Source: the human T2T-CHM13v2.0 reference genome, Homo sapiens
DNA length: 64,000 bases
Reading direction: 5' to 3' (one strand)
Assembly (NCBI RefSeq): GCF_009914755.1
Contig: NC_060930.1
The notes below the pieces were generated by a model that was given only the letters and a program-made list of their open reading frames with translations, did not search any database and was not told where the DNA came from. How positions within the stretch are numbered: the first letter of the stretch is position 1; every line of letters starts with the position of its first letter. A program made the position numbers and the translations under genes. This document shows, one piece after another, positions 49,960 to 62,431 of the stretch.

Positions 49960-50229
49960 GTTTTTTCTTTGAGATGGGGTCTCACTCTGTTCCTCAGGCT
50001 GGAGTGCAGTGGTGTGATCACAGCTCACCGTAGCCTTGACCTCCCCGGCTCAGGCGATCCTCCTGGGACTACAGGAGGGTGCCACCATGCCTAATTTTTT
50101 TTGTATTTTTTGTAGAGATGGGGTTTCGCCATGTTGCCCTGGCTGGTCTGGAACTCCTGGACTCAAGCAATCTGCCCACCTCAGCTTCCCAAAGTGCTGG
50201 GATTACAGGCATTAAGCCAACATGCCTGA
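49960..50229 (-). mobile_element. AluJ with an internal deletion
   Basis: tttgagatggggtctcactctg...gatcacagctcaccgtagcc...gggattacaggc. Confidence 0.85.
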
Positions 50230-50509
50230 CTCTTTAGAAATTGTATGCCAGTATTTAATCCCATCAACTTTTATGACAGTAAATTTCCCCTATTCTCCAC
50301 TCAATATTATTATCTTTGACTTTCATCTTTGCCAAGCTAAGATATATTAAACTTCCATCCCATTTCCTAATCCACATTTTAATTTTGTTGACATTTACTT
50401 ATTACTATTATATTTGACACTTGCATTTTCTATGCCAAATTATGCTCTAATATTCATTAATCCTTTTCCAAATGGGACGTAGATATTTTTAAATGTTGAA
50501 TTTAAGAAA

Positions 50510-51060
50510 GAAAACAAGAAGCCTCTGATATCTAGGAACTGATCTGACACTTATGGCTGGGACTCCTTGTTATATGAAGCTGGCCCAATGTTCATTGTTA
50601 AGCCATGTTATTCTCCTATTGGACCACAATCACCACAAAACACCAACATTAGAAAGTTCACTCTGAGATGATGATAAAGTGAGGAAATACAAGAACACTT
50701 CATAATTTTGTCTAAGCACTCTCTCCACTAATACCAGGGGCTGATGCTTGTCTACCAATTACAGCTTTATTCTGCTCTAGTCCACCCTCACTAGAGCTAA
50801 GATTTGTTGAGACATTCAATTACAGAATTGCCCCTGCTTCCTGACGAGTACCCAATCTAGAGTGAAGCCCACTTCCTCACCCTCCCCAGGATCACCCAAC
50901 CAAAGCCCAAATCCTTTAAGAATTTCTTTCTAACACCCTCTTACCAAAACACCACATGGCTCACAGCACCTATTCTTGCACTCAGGAACCAGTAATAAAC
51001 CCAACTTCTTCACCCACTAGGATATGTTCCTAGTGGACTTTGGAAGAAAGCTTCGGACGC
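50510..51060 (+). mobile_element. ERV1-type LTR remnant (MER34/MER39-like)
   Basis: LTR-like motifs ttgcccctgcttcctgacgagtacccaatc and agtaataaacccaac. Confidence 0.5.
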
Positions 51061-51984
51061 ATTATTATTTTGTCTATAAATTTTTTATGTGTCTTTGAGG
51101 TTGATTATGAGAAACTGTCTGTATATATCTATGTTTGTGGTTACCAAAGAGAAGTTTTTTAATTTATAAGTACTTAAAACTACCCTCATACTTCTTTATG
51201 GTGTTTATTTTTAGGTCATGCTTAGAGAATCCTTCTTCACTGCCCAATTGTAGACACTTCATGTATTGTTCCAGCTAGGTTGTGACAATGAGGAAAGAGG
51301 AGTCCAAGGGTGAAGAAAACAAAATTGTTGGAATACAAGGGGAGGAGGGGCAGCAGGTAAAGAATTCTAAGGTTTAAGTCTCTTGTTTTATAATTTAAAA
51401 AATATGTCTACAGAGCCTTCAGCATACTTGACATATGTCATATCCAATAGTTTGTCTTGAGAAAAATGGATACTTATCTTCTCCTTGTATTCACCTGGTT
51501 AAAGCAAACAATAACAACAGAATTCCAGTGCAATATAGACAATGATTAGCCCTGGCAATGGGCATTTTTGAACACTTAAAATGTTGAGGTGATAAATCAT
51601 GTTTCGGTTAATGTCTGTACCCTCCACTTATACATATACATATTAATTAGACTTTCGTGGGCTTGCTGTGTTTTAAGGACGTGTCTAAGGCCCATGTGGA
51701 CAAATCCGTGACTTCTCGATGAAGATAATTTAATATATATTCAATCTGAGAGTCCCACCATATATTTTGGGGGAGATTGAAAACTATGAGCACTCTAGAT
51801 ATGCACTGTTAAATATGGTAACTACTGGGCATACATAGTGTAGGGTTTGTTTTTGTTTGTTTGTTTTCATTATTAGTACAAATCCATTCAATGGGCAAGA
51901 TAGACCAATCTATTTTAACATAACAGAATACAAATAGTCAATGATAGGGTTTCAGGTTGTATCTAACCTTTAAGAAATTATCAC

Positions 51985-52220
51985 TTGCTAGGACTTCCAG
52001 TACTATGTTGAAAGAAGTGGTGAAAGTGGGCGTCCTCGTCTTGTTCCAGTTCTCAGGGGGAATGCTTTCATCTTTTCTCTGTGCAGTATAAGGTTGGCTG
52101 TGGGTGTGTCATAAAGGGCTTTTATTACTTTAAGGTATGTCCCTTCTATGCTGATTTTGCTGAGGCTTTTAATCATAAAGGGATGCTGGATTTTATCGAA
52201 TACTTTTTCTGCATTTTATT
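51985..52220 (-). mobile_element. L1PB-like ORF2 fragment
   Basis: gctaggacttccagtactatgttgaa...cttgttccagttctcagggggaatgctttc. Confidence 0.8.
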
Positions 52221-52234
52221 GAAACGATTATTTC

Positions 52235-52285
52235 AGAGAGAGAGAGAGAGAGGGAGGGAGGGAGGGAGAGAGAGAGAGAGAGAGA
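52235..52285. repeat. Polypurine (GA)n-(GGGA)4-(GA)n mirror repeat
   Basis: Seen directly in the sequence. Confidence 0.92.
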
Positions 52286-53006
52286 TGGGGTGAAGGAACA
52301 GGCTGGGAACCTGGGAGGAGACCCGGCCGCAGGCGCGCAGCCTGGAGGCGATGGTGAGCCCTGCCACGCGTGAGTCACGGACCACCCCCGCCGCGCTCTG
52401 CTCCCCGCCTGGCTCTCTTCTTCCCAGCCCCTCCCTTCCTCCTCCTGCTCCACTGATCCCTACTCAGGCTTCTTTCGCTGAAGAATTCCAGAAGGGACAG
52501 AACTAAGGATGAAGTGTGGCATTTGAACAGGGTTTACGGCTAGATCCTAGGAGGTCATTCTAAGGGTTTACATTGCATCACCGTCTGTGGTTACAAAGAG
52601 CTTTCCGGGAGAACTTTCCATTTGTAGGTTTGGTCAGGGAGACCCTGTGATCACCCCAGTGCCCAGAGAAGGAAACTGAAGCCCAGGGTTCTGCAGAGGC
52701 TTGCCCAGGCTACACAGATCTTCAGCTAGATTCGAATAGTTAAAAATCCAGGTGATCAAAGGCGGAGCAGCGTCTTCCAAGAGCCCGGAGAGAGAGGACA
52801 CCCCACTCCTGGACGTTATATTCTGCAGCCCGCTGCTGGGAAATCCCAAGGGGTATGCGACCAGGTTGGAGTATCCTGGGCCCAGGGCCCACGAAAATGG
52901 CTTTCACTGTTGGAGGGGATCTTGAATCCAGAATCTGTTCCCAAAAAAGAGAAAGAAAAGCAGATTTGGGTGACCTCAAAAGTTTCAAACTACCTTCCCA
53001 CGTATC

Positions 53007-53008
<2 letters not shown>

Positions 53009-53055
<47 letters not shown>
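53009..53055. repeat. Pure A47 homopolymer
   Basis: Direct count. Confidence 0.95.
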
Positions 53056-53059
<4 letters not shown>

Positions 53060-53200
53060 CATTTTTAATATATAAAGACACTGAAAATTCAACAGTTTAA
53101 AAAAATCAATAAAATAGGAAAGTGGACAAAACACATGACAAATATTTCTTTTAAAATGATATGTAGATGGGAAGTGAGGACACAAAAATGTGGTCCATAT

Positions 53201-53289
53201 GCGGAGCTTGCAGTGAGCCGAGATCGCGCCACTGCACTCCAGCCGGGGCCACAGAGCGAGACTCCATCTCAAAAAAAAAAAGAAAAAAA
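53201..53289 (+). mobile_element. Severely 5'-truncated AluY inside an old L1M 3' region
   Basis: Y-diagnostic gcggagcttgcagtgagccgagatcgcgcc. Perfect 17-bp TSD aaaaatgtggtccatat (53184-53200 / 53290-53306). Confidence 0.92.
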
Positions 53290-54802
53290 AAAAATGTGGT
53301 CCATATGATTCATCATTGGGGAAATGTAATTAAAACCATTATGAGATATTACTACACCCCTATCAGAATGAATAAAATAAGAAATAGAAATAACACCACA
53401 TGCTGGATGTGGAGAAAATGGCTGAATCACTCATTGCTGGTGGGAATGTAAAATGGTACAGCCACTCTAGAAACTAGAGTATGGCGAAAAAAAAAAAAAA
53501 CTAAACATGCCATTGCACTCTAGGGCATTTATCCCAGAGAAATGAACACTTAAGTTCACACCGAAATCAGCATACAGCATATAAAGGTTCGTAGCAGAGC
53601 AGAGACCTGAGCAGGAAAAAAAAAAAAAAAAAAAAAACCCACTGTCACAGCCAGACAGAATCAGTTCTGGAAACTCCCAAAAGAACTAGAAGCCACCAAG
53701 ACCGGCAGCCCACCTTGGGCAGTGACAGTTTCTGCTCAAGGGAGACACAACCTGAAGAAGGAAAACAAGACCAAAATTGAGAAGCAATCTTTTAATCACA
53801 GTGTTTGCAAACACATAGCCAGGAAAGAATGTTAGCACAGAGGTCAGAAAGGCAGTCACTCATGGAGCTAGGAAAGGGAAGAGGTGTGATGGGAGGGGGC
53901 AAGCAAGGCATTTGTGGGACACTGGACAACTGTGCTTCTTGACCTAGGTGGTGCTTGTGTGGTCATAGTCGCTAGTTAAATATTGTGTACATTTGTAAGT
54001 AACTTTTCTGCATATATTTTATATCTCACAAAAAAAGAAAAGAGATCAGACTCCTCCCAGAAAAACAATGAAAGAAGGAGGTGTCACACCAAGATCAGTC
54101 AAACCTCCTTCCTACATTTGTAAATCCATCCAAGCACTAGCTCTGTGACCCTCAGATTCCTCATCTCTATTGAGACTCAGCATCTGCAAGAGTTTAAGAA
54201 CAAGACCATGGGTAGATCATACTGTCATAAAATAGAATCTGTTTCTTGTGATACAACATGAGGGACCCCACCTCACCCCCCAAAATAGGTACTGAACAAA
54301 GGTTCCTATTCCCAGAAACCCCCTCTTCCATCTTTGGATTCATCCCTGAGATTGCAGAATGCTTCTGGCTGAAGGCAAAGCCCCATCTTTATGATTCCCC
54401 TCCTCCTTCGTCCACCTCTCCAAGATGTAGGCTTCTCCCTCATGCCTCAGACTCCAGGGCCTGTTCCAGGGTCAGGATCATAGTTCCCTTCTTCAGAGAG
54501 GAACTCTTAATGAAGCTGACCCAATTTGCTCTGGAGAGCACTGGAGGCACCTGCTAAGCCTCTCCCTTCAGTGGAGAGAAATTCCAGTGGAATCCCAGAG
54601 ACCCTTGGCAAACCCACTGCAGACCACCCTGCTGAACCCATCTCCACACTCACCACTGCAAGGAAACTTCAAACTGAGTTCTACTAAAAAGCAATTTCGG
54701 CTCTTACACTTCCTCTTTAGTGTTCTTCTAGCTTACTAGGCAAGTAACCACAGTGTGCCTCCATTAATTAATAAATCCCCAAAACACTGGTCTTATGAAC
54801 AG

Positions 54803-55033
54803 TGTATTGATCAGGGCTCTCCACAGAAGCAGAATGAATAGGCGACATATATCTCCAGTTGATCTGATGAGGCCCACTCACATTATGGAGGGCAATGTAC
54901 ATTAGTCAATTCCACTGATTTAAATGTAAATCATTTTTCGAACACACTCATGGGAATACCTAGAATAATGTTTGGCCAAATATCTGGGCTCCTTCGTGAC
55001 CCAGTCATGTTGAGAAATCAAATTAATCCTCAC
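54803..55033 (-). mobile_element. MLT2/MLT1E-type LTR with an internal deletion
   Basis: tgtattgatcagggctctcc...gatgaggcccactcacattatggagggc...aattaatcctcaca. Confidence 0.7.
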
Positions 55034-55884
55034 AAGGAACAAATCAGATAATATTCACTTGGATATTAGACTAGAGCCTTGGACATACCAAGTGCTCTGT
55101 AAATGTTAGCCTTACAAATGTAAGGTGGTGTTTTAGATTTACAGAACACAGTATATCCTAAGGTATCACAGGCTTGTTGATGAACTCTGTTGGGAAAAAT
55201 AATACATGGGAAATTTAGTTGTGGAAATTGAATTTTGTTATTTTATTTTTGTCTTTGCTTTTCTGTGTGAGTGAAGGAGTATAAGGCAAATTTCTGAGCA
55301 CACGGGGCATGCACTAAAGGGGTTTCATTTGGCATTTGGAGCCAGTTTTGTCACACTATAGGAAAACTAAACCGTTATTTAAGAACTTCCCTGCCAGCTC
55401 TCACGTTGGGGACTGGCTGGTCCATCTAGCCTGGTTGGTTGATTCCAAAAATATGTGTAGGGAGGTAGAGTGACTAAACGTGAAGAATGGGGAACTCTGG
55501 AAGTGCAGAATTGAAGCCCAGAAGGGAACAGAAGCCTCCCTCTACTTCACAGAAGATGACTAGGACATGCTCATCCCTGGGATAGAAAATCCATTGGACT
55601 TGGAGACTCAGTGAGTTGTATTCCCGATCTCACCACTGGAGGGAGGTGGGAGAGGCATATGAGTGAGTGTGGAGGGGCTCAGAAGCCCAGCCAGCTAGTG
55701 TGCAGGTTGCCCTGCAGATTCTCACCAGGGCTGCTCTGAAGCCCAGAGGGCACCCCAGAGGAGGAAGGGAATGACAAAGCCTGCCTGGGGTCACAGGAAA
55801 AGAGGAGAGAGGCAGACTGAAGGAAGCCCAAGACTACAAAGTGAAAGAAAATGCCTTTTAGTCACTCAAGACATTGTCAGACAC

Positions 55885-56010
55885 AGACTGGGAGCAGTGG
55901 CTCACACCTATAATATTAGCACTATGGTAGGCTGAGGTGAGGCCGGGAGTTCAAGACCAGCCTGGACAACAATGCAAGACCCTATCTCTACAAGAAATAA
56001 ATTAATAAAA
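55885..56010 (+). mobile_element. FLAM Alu monomer
   Basis: gcagtggctcacacctataat...ggagttcaagaccagcctgg...A-rich tail. Confidence 0.75.
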
Positions 56011-59000
56011 GACTTCTTCGGACATGACTAGAACCCAAGAGGTGGGTACCTGGTAGAGTTATATGGGAAGAATGGAGCAATGGGTTTGGCAGTTGGGGTG
56101 GGGAAACAGGGAGGAAGGGAATGAAAAAAACTCTTGAGGGTAGATGATGGTGCCAGTCTGAGAATCAAGCACCAGTTCCATTCTACTGTGCATCTAGTCA
56201 CGTTGGCATAGACTTCCAGGCAGGAGGAGGAGCAAGCGGTGGGATCAGCTACATGTGGGCTTCCAAAGGTAATCCCAGGTGCCACCTCTCCTCCATACTT
56301 ACTAGGAATCCCAGGCCCTTCCCTGAAGTGACACCATCCTGCATTCTTTGTACCTCTCTTTCCACTTCTTCTCACAGCTTTTCCCTCCCTCCTCCATTCT
56401 CCTGGCCAGGACCCACACTCACCCCACCTAACCTCTCTCTTTTGATCAGTCCCATAGTTCAGAAAGGAACAGAAATGCCAGCTGAATAAAAATTTATTTC
56501 GTGCTCTCTGGGCATGTATTTGAGAACAATAACATTGTTTCCGGTCTCAATGCACTTTCACCACATCTGATTTTCAGCTATGTGGGGAAGGCCATCTATC
56601 TGATCAACCCATCACCCAGTGAAGGAAACTGAGGCCCAGAGCCCTGAGGATGCTTGCCCAAATCACCCTGCCCTTCAGCTAAATCACCCAGAACAGGATC
56701 TTGCAAGGGCCCTAAGAGTCAGAGAAGACAGCAGCCCCTCGTGTTGGATTCTCCTGCCTGCCCAGGAAACTGGGTGGGAACCATTCAGATTCTTCCTGCA
56801 TGAAAAGGGTGACCTGTGTCCTTGGGGATCCTCCAGTGGCCCTAGTTGCTCCTGCTGGGGATGACCTCAACTCCTGAATCCAACCCTGTAAAATAAGAAG
56901 AAATTCAGACATTGCAAGGCATGAAAAATTTTCTCCCAATAGCAAAGGTGAAGGATGTACTCGGAGAGGAGGGAACATACCAAGAAGAGAAGGAAGGAAT
57001 ATATATTGAAAAGAATACAAAACAAAAATAAACAGACCAAGACGTGGGATGTATAGAATCAGGCATCAACCCATGAAAAGGTGAAAAGGTGAAAAGGCAA
57101 CAGGACCAGAAAGGAAGAGGGTCGCCTGGGTGGGTGGACAGCACAGCAGAGGGGACGCCATCTCCAAGAAGATGACCTTGACAAGAGCCACCATAAGTTT
57201 AAAGGTATGGAGAAGACATTTACTCAACTAAGGGACAGTTGGTGAATTCATTTGTTAAGGTTCATGGAAAGTAAGAAAATGAAAACGCCGGGCAATTATC
57301 AATTCTCTGAAAACATCAACATGTATGGAAAGAAAAACTAAGAGAGTTTACCATGTGGCTCAGGTCTGAGTAGCATTCACGTAAGTCAGTAATTTTAACT
57401 CTGGCTCTCAATGCACTCAAAATCTCCACCTGCCTACATGAGGAGGATGAAAATGTGTGTGCTGTGGAAGGTACTATGGACTGAAGGGATTTTGAAAAGT
57501 CAATACTTAATATCTAAAATGGAAATGTTTGAAGTGGCATAAATGTATATTATCAAGAGACATAAAGATAAAGAACAACATATGAAGTAAAAGGCTTCTA
57601 TGTGGTTGTTTGCCAGGAAGCTGGTGGCTAGGAAGGATTGAGAGGGAGTAGAGGGGAGACCATGTTTTGTAACAGGGGAAATGAAAGGGAAGCAGGTAGC
57701 ACCTGGAGCCTGCCTCATGTAGAGAACAGGGTTCCACGCAGTGGTCCAGGATCTCAGGGACTTACTGTGGCTGAGGCCACCTGCCCCCAGGACAAGCCCT
57801 TGGCACTGAGTCTACTGAAATGTGGGCAGGGAGAAGAGGAGGCCTTCGGACCTTTTACCTGAGCAGCCTGGTTTACTCTAGGCTCTGTCTTGTTTCCTGT
57901 CCAGAGATTAATGCAACAAACTGTCTCCAAATTCATCCAAGGGAGTGGAGTTCCTTCCCCTACTCCCGATCCCCCTCAACACCATCCTTTCTGGAAGTGT
58001 TATTCTGAACATGTTCTCGGATTTGTTTTTATCAGTGGAGAAAGAGAGGATAGAAGAGCACTCACCCAGCAGAGCCAGAGGGAGGCAGCTCCAAGGACTC
58101 CAGTGGCCACCAGAGCCCACCAGGACCCAGGGCTGGAGGTGCACAGTGAGATCCTCAGCGCAGAGGGAGAAATCTCCTAAGGGTAGGAAGGAATAACAGA
58201 ATTGGGGAGCATTTCCTTACTTCACAGCAAGTGCAAACATGATGGGAAGGCATAGAGAAAAAGGAAGAAATTATAGGGAAATGTGCTTATTTAGGGGGAG
58301 GCAATACTGCGGGAGGGGTACAACAGACCCAGCACTGGTGGGGGCTAGGAGAAACAGGTATAATCCTTGACTAGAGAATGGATACTTGAGGTCAGAATAG
58401 TTACTAAATGAAGAGGATTACATACATTTTAAGGACGTTGATTTACGTTATACTTTGTCATTGGAATTTAAGGGAAAAGAAAGGAAATTAATAAATAAAA
58501 ACAGGCTGCATGTGGTAAAATCAATAGTCAGCCCTGGGACTTGTGTTTGCAAAATGCTTTATCCAGGTGCGACACCGCTGACGTCCTGGATTCCCCACCC
58601 TCTAGCACCCAGTTCCCTCTCCTGTAATGAGACCGGGGTCAGGAGGAGAGATGGACAGATGAGCCCATGCTGAAGGCAGTCAGTCATCTGTGCCTGCAGA
58701 TGAGAAACTGCAGTTTGCACCACTAGCCTCCAGCACAGAGATTCCATCCCAGCTCAGTATTTAGTATTTAGAGATGTAGTATTTAGTATTTAGAGATTCC
58801 TAAACACTGAGGGGCTCTGCCCAGTCTCCTTCCTCACACTGTGGGGCCTTGGCTTTCCCTCCCAACTCCACACCCCCAAATGCTGGTACAATGCTCAGGT
58901 TCATCCTGGACACCGCTCCATCCGACAGGGGAACACTTTTGATCCAGACGCTTTGACAACCTCGTTCAGTCTCCTCTGGAGAGAGCCGCCAAACCCTTTG

Positions 59001-59279
59001 CTGATGAGCTGAGACTGACCGGGGAACTGTGATCTCGGATGTGGTTGAGGATCAAAATCAAAATTATAGTCGACTCTTAAAGACCAAGTAGGCTCTAACC
59101 ACGGAATTCCTCTCTACCCACTGATTCCCCCAAAAGAGGAAGAAGCCTCTTCTCTAAGTACACTAAGCTGAAAAACTAAGCTGAAGTACTAAGTACATTC
59201 AGCTTTCACTAAGCTGAAACAGCAAAGCGCTGAAACAGCAAACCGCAGGCATAACAGAAAAACCTCAACTTAAATAGTG

Positions 59280-60150
59280 CTGAGCTGCAACTTGTTTTCC
59301 GCGGCTTGTAGTCGAGGAGGAGCCCACGAGGCTTTAGCTGCTGCAAGATCCAAGCGCGCTCCCGCCCAGCGGTGGCCCCGGGCTCAGGGAACCAGCGCTG
59401 CTTCTCTCCGAGGCTCGCGGCCTGAGAAACCTTCCGCTCCGAATGCGGGCTGGCCTCTCCGGGAAGCCTTGAAACTCAACTCCTGGGTGGGCCAGGAAGG
59501 TTGTCCGAGTTGGGCAGCGCCGGCCGGGGCCCCCCTCAGAGCCGAGCTGCTCGCCTCCCTCGAGACCCAGCGCAGCCTGGAGGAGAGACCGGGTCCTCTC
59601 AGGTGGGGCACTTGGTGACTAGAGACCCCATGAGCCCCCACCCTCCAGCCTGGGGCGGGATAGCCCAATCGGATGCTGGGGGGTCCGTTTGGAAACCACT
59701 CTCTGCTTTGAGGACACGCGCGGAGCTTCCCTGGGAGCAGGAGGCTCTGAAGGAAGAGGGGCAGACGCGAAGCCTCTGGCCAGCCGCGCCTCCGGTCCAG
59801 GCCTCCCTGTGTCCACATCAGGTCTCCCGGCTTTTCACAACAGTGACCTTGACAGCGCCCAGAGTCCGCGGCTTCCATCCAGTCCCCTCTTCCCCTGCGA
59901 GGCCGAGAGGGTGCAGAGCTGGTGGCTTCAGGAGGTGGCTGTGAGCGCGGGTCTGGGGCCAAGAGCAGAGGACAGGAGAAGACTGCCAAGCCACCACCGG
60001 TCCTGCGACATATTCACCAGCTGCCGGCGGCGAGGTCAGACCCCAGATTCGGGTTTGCCCAGCAGGCGCTCGGCTTCCATGCTCGCTCTCCACCTCCCTG
60101 CCTCTCTTAAGGAGGACCTGGCCCATTAGGAAGCCCGGGGCGTTCTGTGG
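59280..60150. promoter_or_regulatory. CpG-island-like region with no recognisable gene
   Basis: High GC, many intact CpG/CGCG/CCGG sites, and a GC box ggggcggg (~59652) next to ccaat (~59665). Confidence 0.7.
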
Positions 60151-61049
60151 ACTGGGTGGTCAAAAATGGTGTGTGGAGGAGGGAGTCAATTGAGATTAGA
60201 CGTGAAAAACGGGGAACCTGGGGACCGCAGGTTGGGGCCCAGGAGAGGACCGAAGCTTCCATCCAAGACTAAGTGAGGAACACTGCGGCAAGAGGAAGGA
60301 AGATTGAGTCGCAGTTGACTTGTGGATTTTATCGGTTTTAGTCCCTGTGTGACCGCCAGAAGTCTGCAGCTTTATCCTTGATGAGTTCTGAAGGCCCCTG
60401 AGGAGAGCTGAGCCCAAGAGACTTTTTAATTCCACGGAGGTACTTCGCCTGAGGCAGGTCTCTTCTGTGCCCAGGGAAGGAAGGCTGGGAGTGAGGGTAT
60501 CTGAAAATATTCACATGAGAAAAGGTCAAGTCCATTTTTGCTATCCTGTACTGAACACAGATCAATTAACTGGTCCCAGGATTGATAGCAACAGGCCTAT
60601 AACTGGTCTCCTGGTTCCTATCCAGCCCTTCCCCCATAAAGTCAGAATCCTGTCTTCTTGGAACAGTGAATCCCCAGCAGAGGACCTCAGCCTGGGCTGC
60701 CTGGAACCTGCTACCCTGCCCAGGAGCTGTCAACACCTGGAGCGCAGTGCAGGAAGAATGCAGGGGCGCTTGGTGGGGAGGTGAGTGAGTGCAGAGGGTC
60801 TCCGGGAACTCCTTGGGCCTTTGGGGTAGCTCCCTCTCAGACTGTCCTGCAGGTCCTTACAAGGCCCACTACTGAGCAGGAAGAATGTCCCCAGGAGAGG
60901 CAAAGGGTGGGGCAAAGGCGGGTATGGGGTCGCTTGCACTTTGCAGCAAACTGGAGAGTGAGATGACAGGCAAGGAGTACTGGCCCTCACATGGAAACCT
61001 ATATCACACTGCCCAAAGGGAATAGGAAAGGAACCACAGCGAGGTCCAC

Positions 61050-62310
61050 AGGGGAGGGCTGGGGGAAGCCTTACCCAGGGCGGCGAGTGCAGCCTCAGTG
61101 GCAGAAATCCCAGCGGGCCCCCTCCTGCTGCAGACCCCGCTCCTCCTGCGAGGCCCCAGACGAAGCCCGACCCCCAGCTGCCTGCGCAGCCTCCAGGCAG
61201 GGGTCGCGGGGTGCTTCGACGAGAGAGTCTGGACCAAAGCGCCAAAATCCGCCGCTGTCGCTCAGCCGCAGCCTGTTTGGGGCTGGGGAGCCTCTCCTGG
61301 TCGGTGATCGTCGCGGACAATAGACGAGACCAGAAATTAGATTTGGTTCCGGGATCAAGAACCTTTAATCAGGGAATGGAGATGGCAGGGGACGAGGCCT
61401 AAGAGATGTAGACAGCAGGTCCTGTCTGCTTAGGTCGCAAAGGGGAAGAAGGGGCGGGACTCGGGGTCCTGGACTGGGGCTGGGAAGGGTCCGCTCCAGG
61501 AGGGTGTGGGTTCCGATGCCTGGGTCCTGGAGGTCCGGGGAGTCGCGGAGGGACCTCCCTCCGGTAACCGACGGATTGGGGACAAATGCTCTGCCCAGTC
61601 TGATCCCAGACATCCTTGTAACCCAATATAGTTACAGCTCCGACGCCATGTTCTTCCTGGGTCCAGCTCCAACGCCATGTCCTTCCTGGGTCCCTCCAAA
61701 GTAGGGTTGGAGGATCAACTAGTGGATTCCGGCGAGGAGGTATCTTCCTCCCTGGAAGCAGCAGAACAAATTTCAGGGACTCGGGAGTCCAAGGCCTCAT
61801 TCCAAAAACACTGAGAGATTGGGTACTGGGCGCACAGTATGTCTGTGGGGTCACGCAGACCTGGGAACCAGATCTTAGGGCCTGCAGACCTCCCTCTGCC
61901 TTGAGATCAGACTCCACCGCCAGTAACTGGGAGGAAACATCTGTACTCCAGGATTTAGAGACACCGACACGGGAGCAGGGCGCCCCCGTGTGCACAGAGC
62001 CCTGTTCTGCAGCTGGAAACCGAACGGGACCCTGTGGAAGTCGCGGGTGGGGAAGCGAAAGGGGAGCTGAGCGTCTGTCCTCAGTCCTTGGGCCACACGG
62101 GGGCGCTGCCGCTCTGCGCTCGGATTCTGATGAGCCGCTCTGGAGAGGATGGGGCGGTGGTCTGAGTAAGACACAGATTGTTGATCCAGAAAGGATGTAT
62201 CAATGAGGTGGGGCTGGGGTTGTCCAGGGAGTGGAAAGGCCTTCTGAGAAGCCCTGGACTGCGCGGGGTTCCGGCTCTGCGGAACAGAGGAGGGCTCTGG
62301 AGCGGCCTGT
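61050..62310. promoter_or_regulatory. Second CpG-rich region, containing two CTCF-like motifs
   Basis: Dense CpG. Motifs at 61977-61995 (-, GTGCACACGGGGGCGCCCT) and 62091-62109 (+, GGCCACACGGGGGCGCTGC). Confidence 0.7.
62091..62109 (+). promoter_or_regulatory. CTCF core motif, forward orientation
   Basis: GGCCACACGGGGGCGCTGC, the paralog of the 5260-5279 motif. Confidence 0.72.
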
Positions 62311-62431
62311 CTCTGAGGTTTCCAACTCCTCCTTGCAAACCCTCCCTCCAGCCTTTTCATGGCAACACTCCAGGAAAATGGAAAGTTGATCATTTTTTTC
62401 TTCCACTCCTTAATCCTTTCCTGACTGCTAC

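Noticed and set aside
54330-54560. Minus-strand frames vaguely like a TRIM coiled-coil exon
   Set aside because: It needs stops and a frameshift, and no RING, B-box or SPRY exons were seen nearby. It is unsupported without an HMM search.
59384-62393. ORFs of 170-200 aa in the CpG-rich region
   Set aside because: Expected from high GC content. They overlap on both strands and show no recognisable homology.
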